A stretch of 64,000 bases of DNA from Squalus acanthias (taxonomy: Eukaryota). Shown here piece by piece: positions 1-11,649 of the stretch. A program made the translations under genes and the position numbers. Position 1 is the first letter of the stretch. Every line of letters starts with the position of its first letter. The stretch is taken from contig CM059432.1 in the NCBI GenBank assembly GCA_030390025.1, forward strand, positions 54,438,001 to 54,502,000. The letters are read 5' to 3'. A model generated the notes under the pieces. The model worked only from the letters and a program-made list of their open reading frames with translations. It had not been told where the DNA came from and ran no database searches.

Positions 1-382
1 CCTGACCACCCGACTGAGGTGGATCTGCCATGAGCACACCTGCTTCAGTCCTCCGGCTCCTTCTCCTTGTTGTGCTTCTCCTCGCTGAGGCAGCTGCACA
101 GCCAGCAATGTTGGGAATGAGGTGCTGCAGCATCAATGAACCTTCCCTTTAAGTACTGGGAAAAGCCTGTGGCAATGAAGAGTTGCGATTAGACTGCACC
201 CAATATTGGTCCACTTGTGTAACACCACTGAGCTAGGCCTTTAAGACTTGATTTAGCACTCCTATCATTTCTTTGAACAGTGAGAATGAATTTTGCGTGC
301 AGTCTAAAGCAGCACCTGGCACTAATTCTCAAACTTTTCTAAAGATACCACCCATTCCTTGGCTATAATAAATTTCTAGCCC
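1..382. mobile_element. Right end of a degraded Harbinger-derived element (runs off window start)
   Basis: Ends in AAATTTCTAGCCC, matching the GGGC..AAATT terminal motif of other Harbinger derivatives here; internal CCTTTAAG motif as in their subterminal regions. Confidence 0.35.
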
Positions 383-639
383 GCAGAGTTCTCGGAGGGT
401 TGTAGGGCTCGAGAAGGATACAGAGATAGGAAGGGGCAAGGCCACATCCTCCAATGTCAGGGAGCCAGACTCAAGGCTAACACCAGGTTCTTTTGGACGC
501 TACTAAAATGGCCGACCTTTGGTCACACAGAAAAAACCTCATCTGCATGGCTGCCATTGTCTTGCACCTGTTGCTTTCAACAACTGCTAAACTGCAATTT
601 TCTTTCACAAATATTTCATTTAAAGTTGAGTAGAATTAA

Positions 640-1298
640 AGGCCTTTAGCCCAGAGGCGCATTCCATGCGGAGGGGATGTTTTGAGGTCGGGAAACCCGG
701 AAGAAAGAGTTTCCCAAACGTCTCATCTTTAAAAAAATTTCTGTCGGTTTCCCACCCACAGACAGCCTGATGGACCGGATGGTGGTCGGGGTGGCAGATG
801 GTGGTCTGGGGGAGCAAATGGTGGTCGGGAGGGGTCCAATGGTGGCGGAGGGGCAAATGGTGGTCGGGAGGGGTCCAATGGTGGCGGGGGGGGCAGACAG
901 ATCACGGAGGGCGGGGAGGATTACTGGGGAACTTGTTGGGCCTGGAGGAAACACTCCTGCTCCTCCTGGCCCACAAGCAGTTCCGTAAAGGCACTTATAT
1001 CATGTATTCAACCCTTCTCACCTCCTTTCAGCTGCCGGGTTTTCCGAGGCCTCTGAAACCCGGCCGCCAGTGGCTAAAAATAGAATCACTGTTAAAATTA
1101 AGCCATGCAGCATCATTAAAATATTTAAATTACCAACCTACCTCCTTCGAGTAGATTGGTCACCCCCCCTTGACCCACCTCCGGTAAAACTGGAAGTGGG
1201 CAGGTTTGAGGTGGTTTGGATTCCTGTTTCAGATTGTTTGAATTTTAACCTCTTACCCAACCTCAACCCACCCGTTTGTGGGAGTTAAGATTCAGCCC
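640..1298. mobile_element. Harbinger-type non-autonomous element (MITE-like), left boundary uncertain
   Basis: Right terminus AAGATTCAGCCC; G-rich 39-bp tandem unit at ~815-892; CTCCTGCTCCTCCTGGCCCACAAG..CACTTA motif shared with elements at ~15275 and ~54208. Confidence 0.5.
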
Positions 1299-1848
1299 AA
1301 AGTGTAGGCATGCTGTGTGATTTCAGTTTTCAATCCATGAACAATATGTCAATTTTCCATATTGTCTTAGGTTTTTGAATACACAGCCTCACTTCTATAT
1401 TTGTTTTATAAAGAGGGATGCCAGTAAGAAGTTCTTTGTTGCTTACTCAAGGTGAAGTTGAAAAGAATGAAAACAACTCTGACAATACATTGTATTACTT
1501 CAATCTTTAACAATGACGACTCGTCCTTCTTCTCACCACCTCGTCATAGCTGCAATGTCAGCTATTGTAAGGATCTCTTTTATTAACACGGGCAAAGATT
1601 GGTGCAGAGAGACAGTTTCAAAAATACTTGCTGATGGCCTTCACAGTCCATCTTCAAATTCCATTACCAAACCATTACCTTCTACAAATCACTTATTGAA
1701 ACCCACACAAAGTTTTCATAAGTTTCATGAAATTTTAAACAATAAAATATGTGGGAGAACTTTAGAAGCATCAAGAGTTCTGTCTGTCATTGTCTCCTCT
1801 CCCTCAGTACGTACAGACTCCATCACATATTACATGATGCAGTTGATG

Positions 1849-3533
1849 TGTAAGGGGTGACACGCCTGTGGCTCTGTGCTTAGCCTGGGTGCTAGTGCGA
1901 GGTTAGGCCTTGTTGCCTGTTCTGGTCTCCAGCCAGCCTGGTAACACTAGACCCCTGTGAGTGGTTCGACCCACTCGCCCTTACGGTTCTGACACTGGAC
2001 TTAGGTGCGAGAGCAATAATGCAGAGAAAACTCAGGTAGACCCGGTTGAATAGTGCGAAATGGAAAATCTTTATTGCATATTATTCAAGATTACGAAATA
2101 CATGTCATAAGCACAGATTAATGACAGTACAATCTTACACGCAGTTATGTAACTAATTTTAGGGAAACGAGGAGCGCACGACACATCGTAAAAGGGGGCA
2201 CACATTACAATTATCCTTAAAACTTAAACCCTCCCCTATCAATACCTGTCCTAAACTAGATTTGTAGGATCGAGACTCATGCTCACCACTCGTGATAACT
2301 CGGAGAATTCCGAAACTCTGCTCGGATGTTTTTACCGCAGCACCTGACCACCCACGTGTTGATCAGGGGTCTCTGTACCCCACTTGTTTACTCGCTTTTG
2401 CTCCGGCTAGCAGGCTGGACCGTCTGCTGTCATGAAGATCTGTGTTGTCCTCGGAGTTCCGACACTACTCAAAAAATAGTCTTCCTGTGCCCTCGCACCG
2501 ATGCGATAAAACTCGAAGAATGGTCTTCCTGTGCCCTCACCAGTTTGTAAAACTCAAAGAATGGTCTTCCTGGGCAAGGAAAGTGTTTATTCGACCTACA
2601 GGCGCGGTCGGGGCTTACTGACCGTGGCGATACGTATTGTCGTCTTCTTCTCATCTCATCTCATCTCATCTCATCTCATCTCGGGCCTTCGGTTCCAGCA
2701 CCGTTTACCGACTTCTCGGGATGGTGTGCCCGTTTCAAGGCTTCACAGCCCAGTTCCACACAGATCTTCGCGGCAAGCCACGAGGTTGATCCTGGCGGAT
2801 CAGAAATTTCAATAGTCTTCCAGCAAGTCAAACAGCAAGAGGCAGAGACAGCAGTCAAGAGTCAAGAGAAAGATGGACGGTTGTACCTTACAGTTATAGT
2901 GCTGTAATTCCTCTTTTCCCGCCCAATCTTAATGTCTTTCTTTTGTCAGGGTTTTGGCGCTCAAACTTCTTGTATAGGGTGATCTCCGTTTTTAATGGGT
3001 TTCGGTGATACTTGTAACTGCCTGAGTACCCGTTAATACTTCTCCCATTGTGGAACCGGTCAGTATTCTCCCTGGAGGGCTTTTGGGGCTTCCAAATGTT
3101 TTCTGTAACTACCCGCAAACGGCTCTCTCATCGTAGAGTCGTGGGGATTTTGCATATTAATGTCTTTGGATGGGTTCTTGATCGCTCGGTACAATAGCCC
3201 TTATTCGCACCTGGGAGACCGATTCCAGTATTTATGTGTAAAATGCAAACCCATTATGTCTTGTGAATTATCTCAAATGTGCTGAGTCTTGTCCGATCTC
3301 GCACAAATGTTTATTGGAACGCCATCTTGTCTGCTCATTGAAAAGTCTAGAATGTTCTGCCACGAGGCGTGGCGGCCATTTTACAGGCTGCTTGTGTCCA
3401 CTTTGAAAACCTGACAGCATTCTGCTGAAATAAAGCTGTTTGTACAAAACTATATGTCTCCTTCTTATTTTATAAAATCGCGATAATTTTGCGAATTCTA
3501 CAGATGACAAAGGCAGAATTTAATAAATTCACA
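1849..3533 (-). mobile_element. Solo LTR-like element (~1.7 kb)
   Basis: TG...CA termini (minus strand TGTGAATT...CCCCTTACA), minus-strand TATA-like at ~2895 and AATAAA at ~2070-2075, 3' motif shared with the TSD-flanked LTR at 8308-9413; no clear TSD. Confidence 0.6.
2649..2682. repeat. (TCTCA)n microsatellite
   Basis: Direct reading. Confidence 0.95.
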
Positions 3534-6114
3534 CTATCTAGTGTTACTCAGATAGAAAGTTATTATACAAATATGTGATGTGTATTGCATGGATGGATAT
3601 GTGTTTGTTTCTCGGCAAAACCTGCTGTGTATCATACATACGTGCATAAAATTAACATGTTATTGGATATTCTATAATATCCTTCAGGATTTATTTCCAA
3701 AACCTCCAAGGATCCTAACAATTTTCCAATGGGTTATTTTGCAGGATCTGTCGGTAAGTGTAAAGTTTTCTAAACTTTCCCACTAGTCCAGAACACACTG
3801 AGATGAAATCAGTGTAAGTAGGGAAGAATCCTTTCCTATGATCTATTTAAAATGGAAAATAATCTTTTATGCCTCTGACATTCTTCAAATATGTATTATC
3901 AGGAATATCACCTATACAAATGATAACGAAAGATGGGCTTTGAGAATGGGTGAAGAGGTGTACATATGATGAACCTAATATTTCTCCCCCCTTTGCCCAG
4001 GAACTGGACAGGCATTTGACAGCTGAAGTGCGCTATGCCAGTCCAGTCCTCAGAGTGTCTGAGTTTGGTGAGCCAGGTCATTTGCATGGCCTGGTTGCAC
4101 ACCCAGGGTCCTTAGCAAGGCCTTGTGCCAGGAAACGAAAGGCTGGGGGTGGCAGGGGGCGGGGTGGGGGGGTGCAGGTGGGGAGTTAGTGCAGGGAGAC
4201 AGGCACAGCTGAAGGCCTGAGATACCAGCTGTTGGTAAAAACAGAAGGCTTCCAATCTGAGAATTGTAAGGGAGGCTACAAAAGAAGGCTTCACTTACTT
4301 TCTCAGGTCTCTCTTGCCTTGCTGCCTGGCTCCCTCAGACACTCCATTCTAAGGCACTCCCAGACATAAGGCTTAAGTGCTTCTTCGTGCACCCCTGCAA
4401 AAGGTGGCCCTTCCAATGGAAACGAAACTGAAGTGGAAGGATGGGAATACCCCGTCCCATCTCATTTCCATGACTGCTCTGGCCTGTGCTTGTTGCAGGC
4501 CCAGGTCTGCCTATCTGGGGAAGCCCCAGAAATTCTGGGCAACATAAAGGGGTGGTAACTCAGTAACAAATCTCTCCCCCGCCCTTTTCCTCTCTGTAGT
4601 ACCTGGGAACTGGGCATTTCCCAGGTGCTACAAGAGAGGAATATCATGTAAAGCTGCCATGATAATCTCACTAAAACCTATATGCCTCAAGGAATCTCTC
4701 TGTGAAAATACATCTCTGTGATGAAGCAGAAATATTGAAGGAATCACTCACAATTTGTACTACTTGTATTGCTGCATTTTGAAACTTACTTGAGTTATAA
4801 TTCATTGACCCTGATTTATTGCAAAGAAAGAAAAGCATGTACAGTAACAAATATTATGGATACATTCCATGTGTTTTACAACGATGAAAAACAACAGTCC
4901 TTGTGTTTTCTCTGTCTAAAAGTTGCTTTGTACTTTATCACAGTACACTCCATGTTTACATTGTTATTCACAAGGGATCTGTCCGAGAATGCAGCACTGC
5001 TGGACTGCTGAAACCATGACAACTTACTGCTGTTCTCACTGATGGCCAAAGCACTTTAATATCTATCTGATATGTTGCCCCACGCTATGATCTGTCAACC
5101 ACAATAGTGACCTGACTCCGATCAAACTTTTGAAGAGATCTATAACAATGGCCATTTCAACTTGATAAATAAAAGAAACCTACTGGGATATACCATTTAA
5201 TTTATCATCTTTGTTCAATCAACTTTCAATATATGCAGAGTTCTGCTCAATAATAGTGTTATGGTCAAGCTCGAAAGGGGAATACGAATGATTTTGTTGA
5301 TCAACAAAATTAATTTGCACATATATATCTGATATTCTTCTCAATCAAGATTAATTTATTTTTGTGGCTACAATTGAACTGCATTACATGAGGGGTACAA
5401 ATTTATTTCTTCATCCACCTGCAGAGGGAACATGTGTAAATTTTCCAGTCCTAAGTTTGGTACTCAAGTATATACACTGGGCTGACCTCACAGGCTCTAT
5501 CATACATATCTTTTCATTTTCTATAGGTGGCCCATAAGAACCAGCTCGATCTGCTCCAGATGGCCACCAATTCAGTACCTCGCAGTGCTCCAGGGGTACT
5601 TTTACAAGTCCGCTCTGCCAGCAGGGAGGAGCTTCATCTGCTGGCAGTGCATATCAGGCACTTACTTTTCTGACCACACCCACCTCAGGCAGCATCATAT
5701 GCACCAACCACAAAGGGGCAGATGTTGGACTGCTTCGTCACTTTTCCCAAGAATTGGTACAGCACCTACATATTGGGTTTCTTCTTTGCCTGTCATATCT
5801 GTCTCCCCTCAGTCTTGTCAAAGGCTGCCATGGGATTGAAATGTCTTTCTAAAGGCTGTGAAAATGTTTGTCTCATGCTACCATTTTCCTTTAAGTGGTT
5901 GTTTCCTTTAAATTAACCCCTAGCAAATCTCCACTTGGAGCTGTGAATAATTATGCAAGTTAGCTGACCCAGGAAAATTGTGTGCAATTAGCACTTTGCC
6001 ATCCTGGCATGATTTACACCAGTCATTCCTTCAGCACTGAGTTATACCAGTACATGAAATCAGCTGCTATCATTTTAATGGGTTTAAGACATCTTACCAG
6101 AAAAACTTGAAGGA

Positions 6115-6664
6115 ATTCAAGAGGAAGATGTTTTCATCTAAGTTAGGAGGAACAGTAAACTGTGCAGATGGGAGCAGGAAGTTAAAAAAAGGACATTGAC
6201 AGATTAAGTGAGTGGGCAGATGGAGTTCAATATGGGGAAGTGTGAGGTAATCTACTTTGGATCCAAGAAAGGCAAATCAGAATATTTTCTTAAAGTCGAG
6301 AGACTAGCAACTATGGAGGAACAATGGGATTAGGGTGTTCATATACACAAATCATTAAATGCCGGAGCACAGGTACAAAAAACAATCAAATAGGCTAATG
6401 GAGTGTTGGCCTTTATCTCAAGGGGGTTGAAAAACAAAGGGGAGGAAATTATGCTTTAGTCATACAAAGCCTTGGTCAGACCCCATCTGAAGTACTGCAT
6501 TCAGTTTTAGGCATCACATCTCAGGAAACATATATTGGCCTTGGAAGGGGTACAGCACAGATTAACCAAAATGATCCTGGGCTTAAAAAGTAAAATTATG
6601 AAGAGAAATTACACAAACTTGGATTCTATTCCGTTGAGTCTAGAAGGTTGAGGGGTGATCTAAT
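6115..6664 (+). mobile_element. Old CR1 family A LINE fragment (RT C-terminal part)
   Basis: Degenerate match to the KCEVIHFG / ANGMLAFI / LVRPHLEYC region of the younger copies. Confidence 0.85.
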
Positions 6665-7013
6665 TTTTTTATTGGATTATGGGATGTGGGCATCGCTGGC
6701 AAGGCCAGCATTTATTGCCCATCCCTAATTGTCCTTCAGAAGGTGGTGGAGGCAGACTCAATCATGGCTTTCAAAAGGGAATTGGATAAGTACCTGAAGG
6801 AAGAAAAATTGCAGGGCTATGGGGATGGGCGGGGGAGTGGGATTAGCTGAAGTGCTCTTGCAGCAAGCCGGCACGGGCCCGATGGACCGAATAGCCTTCT
6901 TTCATGCTGTAATCATTCTATGATTCTATGAAGCCTAAGTGAGTTGCTGTAGTGCATCTTGTAGATGGTACACATTGCAGCCACGTTGCGCCAGTGGTAG
7001 AGAGAGTGAATGT
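6665..7013 (-). mobile_element. CR1 family B 3' end, with an embedded + strand CR1 3' tail (~6745-6930)
   Basis: Reverse complement of the family B tail GGGCAATTAGGGATGGGCAATAAATGCTGG; embedded piece ends in (ATTCTATG)2. Confidence 0.8.
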
Positions 7014-7675
7014 TTAAAGAGAAATGGAGAGGCAGAGAGATTTTGGGAGGGAATTCCAAAGCTTAGGACCTAAGCAGCTGAAGGCACGACCGCCAATGGT
7101 GGAGCATGTAAAATTGGGGATGTTAAAAATGCCAGAATAGGCGGAGTGTAGAGGTCTCGGGGGGTTATAGGATTGGAGGAGAATACAGAGATAAGGAAGT
7201 GCGAGGCCATGGAGGGATTTGAAAACAAGGATGAGAATTTTAAAATCAAGGCGTTGCTTTCCTGGGAGCCAATGTAGGTCAGCAAGCACAGGGGAGAAGG
7301 GTGAGCAGGACTTGGTGCGAGTTAGCACACAGGCGGCAGAGTTTTGGGTGATCTCAAGTTTATGGAGGGTAGAACTAGGGAGGCTGGCCAGAAATGCATT
7401 GGAATAGTCAAGTCTAGAGGTGATAAAGGCATGGATGAGGGTTTTAGCAGCAGGTAAGGGCGGTGACAGGCGATATTATGAAGGTGCAAATGGGCAGTCA
7501 GTGACAGAACGGATATGTGGTCGGAAGCTCAAATCATAATCAAATATGACACCAAGGTTGCGAACAGACTTGGACAACCTTAGACAGTTGCTGGGGAGAG
7601 AGATCGAATCAGTGGAAAGGGAATGGAGTTTGTGGCGTCAACCGAAGACAATGACTTTGGTTTTCCAGGTATTTA
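7014..7675 (-). mobile_element. L2 LINE fragment (ORF2 C-terminus)
   Basis: ORF 7014-7328: SPVLADLHWLP..RLDFKIL..KSLHGLA..YL..GGRAFS..GPKLWNSLP, typical L2 C-terminal motifs. Confidence 0.9.
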
Positions 7676-8307
7676 AGAGCTGAGTCAAGAGGTGAGTCAC
7701 TCACCATAGAATACCCAGCCTCTGACCTGTTCTTGTAGCCACAGTATTTATGTGGCTAGTCCAATTAAGTTTCTGGTCAATGGTGACCCCCAGGATGTTG
7801 ATGGTGGCGGATTCAACGTTGATAATGCCATTGACTGTCAAGGGGAGGTAGTTAGACTCTCTCTTGTTGGGAATGGTCATTGCCTGGCACTTGTGCGACA
7901 CGAATGTTACTTGCCATTTATACGCCCAAGCCTGGTTTTGCTGCATGCGGGCATGGACTGCTTCATTATAAGAACATAAGAACATAAGAAATCGGAGCAG
8001 GAGTAGGCCATTTGGCCCTTCGAGCCTGCTCTGCCATTCAATAAAATCATGGCTGATCTTCTACCTCATCTCCACTTTCCTGCACTATCCCCATATCCCT
8101 TGAGTCCCTTAATATACAAAAATCTATCGATCTCTGTCTTGAATTTACTCAACAACTGAGCCTCCACAGCCCTCTGGGGTAGAGAATTCCAAAGATTCAC
8201 CACCCTCTGAGTGAAGAAATTTCTCCTCATCTCAGTCCTAAATGGCCGACCCCTTATTCTGAGGCTGTGACCCCTGGTTCTAGACTCCCCAGCCAGGGGA
8301 AACATCC

Positions 8308-9413
8308 TGTAAAGTTTCCAAAATTTGCAGATCCCCAAAAATCTAAGGAAAAAGGACTTTGGAACTACCCCAGAGTGATAAAAATGCATTTGGGCCTAAC
8401 ATAAGGAATTTAAGACCAAAACCAAGCTTTGGCATTTTAAAAGGCTGGAATTCAAGCCCCAGCAAACATTAACATTTGGACAATAGGCCCTGGGAGAAGG
8501 CAGCCCCACCCAAAACACAGAACCCATTAAAGAGACGCATAAAGATAGGAATGCTAGGCCCAGCAAGAAACCCAAAACATGAGGACAATGCAAACTCCGA
8601 TTAAACAACAGATCGACAGGACGCAAGCCATTTGACACTCAGTAAAAAGCCGTTACTGTTGACGAGGTCTCACAATGACCAGGATTTGATTTGGTTTAGC
8701 ATAATTGAAGGCCCATCAAGCAGTTACAACAGTTCAGTAAGAAGAGAGTTCAGAACATTTTAACACCAAGTTAAACCCATCAAAACTTAACAAGCCTGCA
8801 AGGAACCAAGACAATGGAATGAACAGGCCTCAACTGAAACCAAATCACTTCGCACAAAACTATTTTTAGTAAGGGGTTCTGGGAGTGAAAAGAGCAAAGG
8901 AGCTGAACAAGTATAATAGGGGGGCCTAATTCCCCAAGAGGCACTCTCTCCGGACTTTCCGACAACGCTGGCACAGCTCCCTCTCGGCTCTGTTCCAGAA
9001 GCAGCACGTTCCAGGAAGACACTCGATGACCAGACCACCATCGCAATCAACTTACCTGGTTGGATTTCGCACTGTTATATCCCCTGTTTGGTGAGCATTA
9101 TCCCTGATCTCCTGAAACCGAAACCTAGCTAGATAGTGGGATTTTTGGGAGGTATAAGGGTTTTTGTATATTGTCATTCTCCCTCGCCTGTACCGTGTGT
9201 TCCTCAACCTGTTTAAGTGTTAAGTGTATTTTTAAGTTTGTTACCTTTTTCTTTTAATAAAGGTCTAAATTCTTTCATCAGAACCTGTTGTCTACTGCAT
9301 CTTTATTCAGAACCCCTAAATAAGTCCAAGTTCTGAACCTGGGGCGTGGGAGCGATTCGAACCGCTCACTGAGTCAGGGGTAAGGCTGACCCCTACCACC
9401 ACCACCTCCTACA
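8308..9413 (+). mobile_element. Solo LTR (Gypsy/ERV-type) inserted in CR1
   Basis: TGT...ACA termini, exact 4-bp TSD ATCC (8304-8307, 9414-9417), AATAAA at ~9255; CR1 sequence resumes on both sides. Confidence 0.9.
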
Positions 9414-10804
9414 ATCCTCCCTGCATCTACCCTGTCAAGCCCTGTAAGAATTTTGTGTGTTTCAATGAGATCACCTCTCATTCTTCTAAACTATAGAGAA
9501 AATAGGCTTAGTCTACTCAATCTCTACTCATAGGACAATCCTCTCATCCGAGGAACCAGCCTGGTGAACCTTTGTTGCACTCCCTCTATGGCAAGTATAT
9601 CCTCTCTTTCAGTAAGGAGACCTAAACTGTACACAATACTCCAAGTGTGGTCTCACCAGTGCCCTATATAATTGCAGTAAGACGTCTTTACTCTTATACT
9701 CAAATCCTCCTGTAATAAAGGCCAACATACCATTTTCTTTCCTAATTGCTTGCTGTACCTGCATGTTAACTTTAACTTTCAGTGATTTGTGTACAAGGAC
9801 ACCCAGGTCCCCCTGAACACCAACATTTCCCAATCTCTCACCATTTAAAAAATACTCTGCTTTTCTATTTTTCCTACCAAAGTGGATAACTTCACATTTC
9901 TCCACATTATATTCCATTTGCCGTGTTCTTGCCCATTAACTTAGCCTGTCTATATCCCTTTGAAGTCTCCTTTCATCCTCCTCACAACTTACATTCCCAC
10001 CCAGCTTTGTATCATCAGCAAACTTGGATATATTACATTTGGTCCCCTCATCCAAATCATTGATATAGATTGTGAATAACTGAGGCCCAAGCACTGATCC
10101 TTGCGGTACCCCACTAGTTACAGCCTACCAACCCGAAAATGACTCGTTTATTCCTACTCTCTGCTTTCTGACTGTTAACCAATCCTCAATCCATGCTAGT
10201 ATATTACCCCCAATCCCATGAGCCCTAATTTTGCTTAATAACCTCTTGTGTGGCACCTTATCGAATGCCTTCCGAAAATCCAAATACACCACATCTACTG
10301 GTTTCCCCTTATCTATTCTGCTAGTTACAACCTCAAAAGACTCTAACAGATTCGTCAAACATGATTTCCCTTTCATAAATCCATGTTGACTCTGCCCAAT
10401 CCTATTATTATTTTCTAAGTGTCCTGTTACCACGTCCTTTATAATAGATTCTAGCATTTTCCCTACTACTGATGTCAGGCTAACTGGTCTGCAGTTCCCC
10501 GTTTTCTTTCTCCCTCCTTTCTTAAATAGTGGGGTTACATTTGCTACCTTCCAATCTGCAGGAACCGTTCCAGAATCTATGGAATTTTGGAAAATTACAA
10601 CCACTATCTCTATAGCCACCTCTTTCAAAACCCTAGGATGTAGACCATCAGGTCCAGGGGATTTATTTGCTTTCACTCCCATTAATTTCTGCAGTACTAT
10701 TTTTTTACTAATACTAATTTCTTTCAGTTCCTCATTCTCGCTAGACCCTTGGTTCTCCACTATTTCCGGGAAGTTTATTGCTTCTTCCGTGAAGACAGAC
10801 ACAA

Positions 10805-11649
10805 GGGGCTGGATTTTCCAAGCCCCGAGGAGGCAGGCATGGAGGCGGGACTGCCGGTAAAGTAGCAGAAAGTGGGGGCAGATGGCACACCCGACCCCAT
10901 CCTGCCTCCGTGCCCTTTTGCCAGGAGGCGGGAAGATGTGTTGCTTCGGGTCCCGTCTCCTGAAGACGGGAAAGGCATTAAATACTTTTAACTGCCTGTT
11001 AACAGGTAGTTAACAGGCAGAAAAAAGGATTAGTGCCATTTTACCTTCAAAGGTGAAGGCTTCCCGACCTCGGAGAACCCAGTCGGGTTGGAGGAGACGT
11101 GAAGGAGGTCTGCGGCGGTCGGAGGCACCTGGAAGTAAGATGTAGAGGTGAGTGATGAGTGCAAGTGTGGAGTGGTAAGTATGTAAGGTGAGTGATAAGT
11201 ATAAAAAATGTTCACTTACCTTGTTTTCTTCCTACAGACTTCATCCTCTCTGGATCGGGAGACCTGACATCCTCGTTGTCGATTTCACAGACTGGCTTTT
11301 GGATCCTCTGAACCAACAGCTTTCTGAAATCGACAAAGTTGAAAGGTTTGATGAGTCCTGAACACGAGGCCTCATCAAACTACAGAGAATGTCAGTGTTT
11401 GACAGCTTCACAGAACTGTCAAATGCTGACATTTCTTCTTCCAAGAAGTCTTGACAGATAGCACGTCTGATGTTGATGTGCTCTGTCAGTGACTTCCTCC
11501 CTAATTGGCTTGCTGAGCCCACAGGGCAGGCTTAACAAGCTCAATCAGAGGAAAATCCCTCTGGTTGATCAGGCAAGGATAGAGGTGGGACATTGACACA
11601 ACAAGCAGCAGTCCCACCTCCAACTCGTCTCCATTGAGAAAATCCAGCC
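10805..11649. mobile_element. Harbinger-type MITE inserted in CR1
   Basis: TIRs GGCTGGATTTTC / GAAAATCCAGCC; TSD CAA; removal restores CR1 GACACAAAGTATTTG. Confidence 0.9.

Noticed and set aside
779..892. Direct repeats as a CRISPR array or repeat-protein gene
   Set aside because: Eukaryotic context, tandem units without unique spacers; minisatellite inside a MITE
1513..1860. 115-aa ORF as a host gene
   Set aside because: No recognisable domain or splice context; runs into an LTR terminus
5028..5160. Minus-strand AG..GTAAGT-bounded segment as a coding exon
   Set aside because: Stops in all three frames
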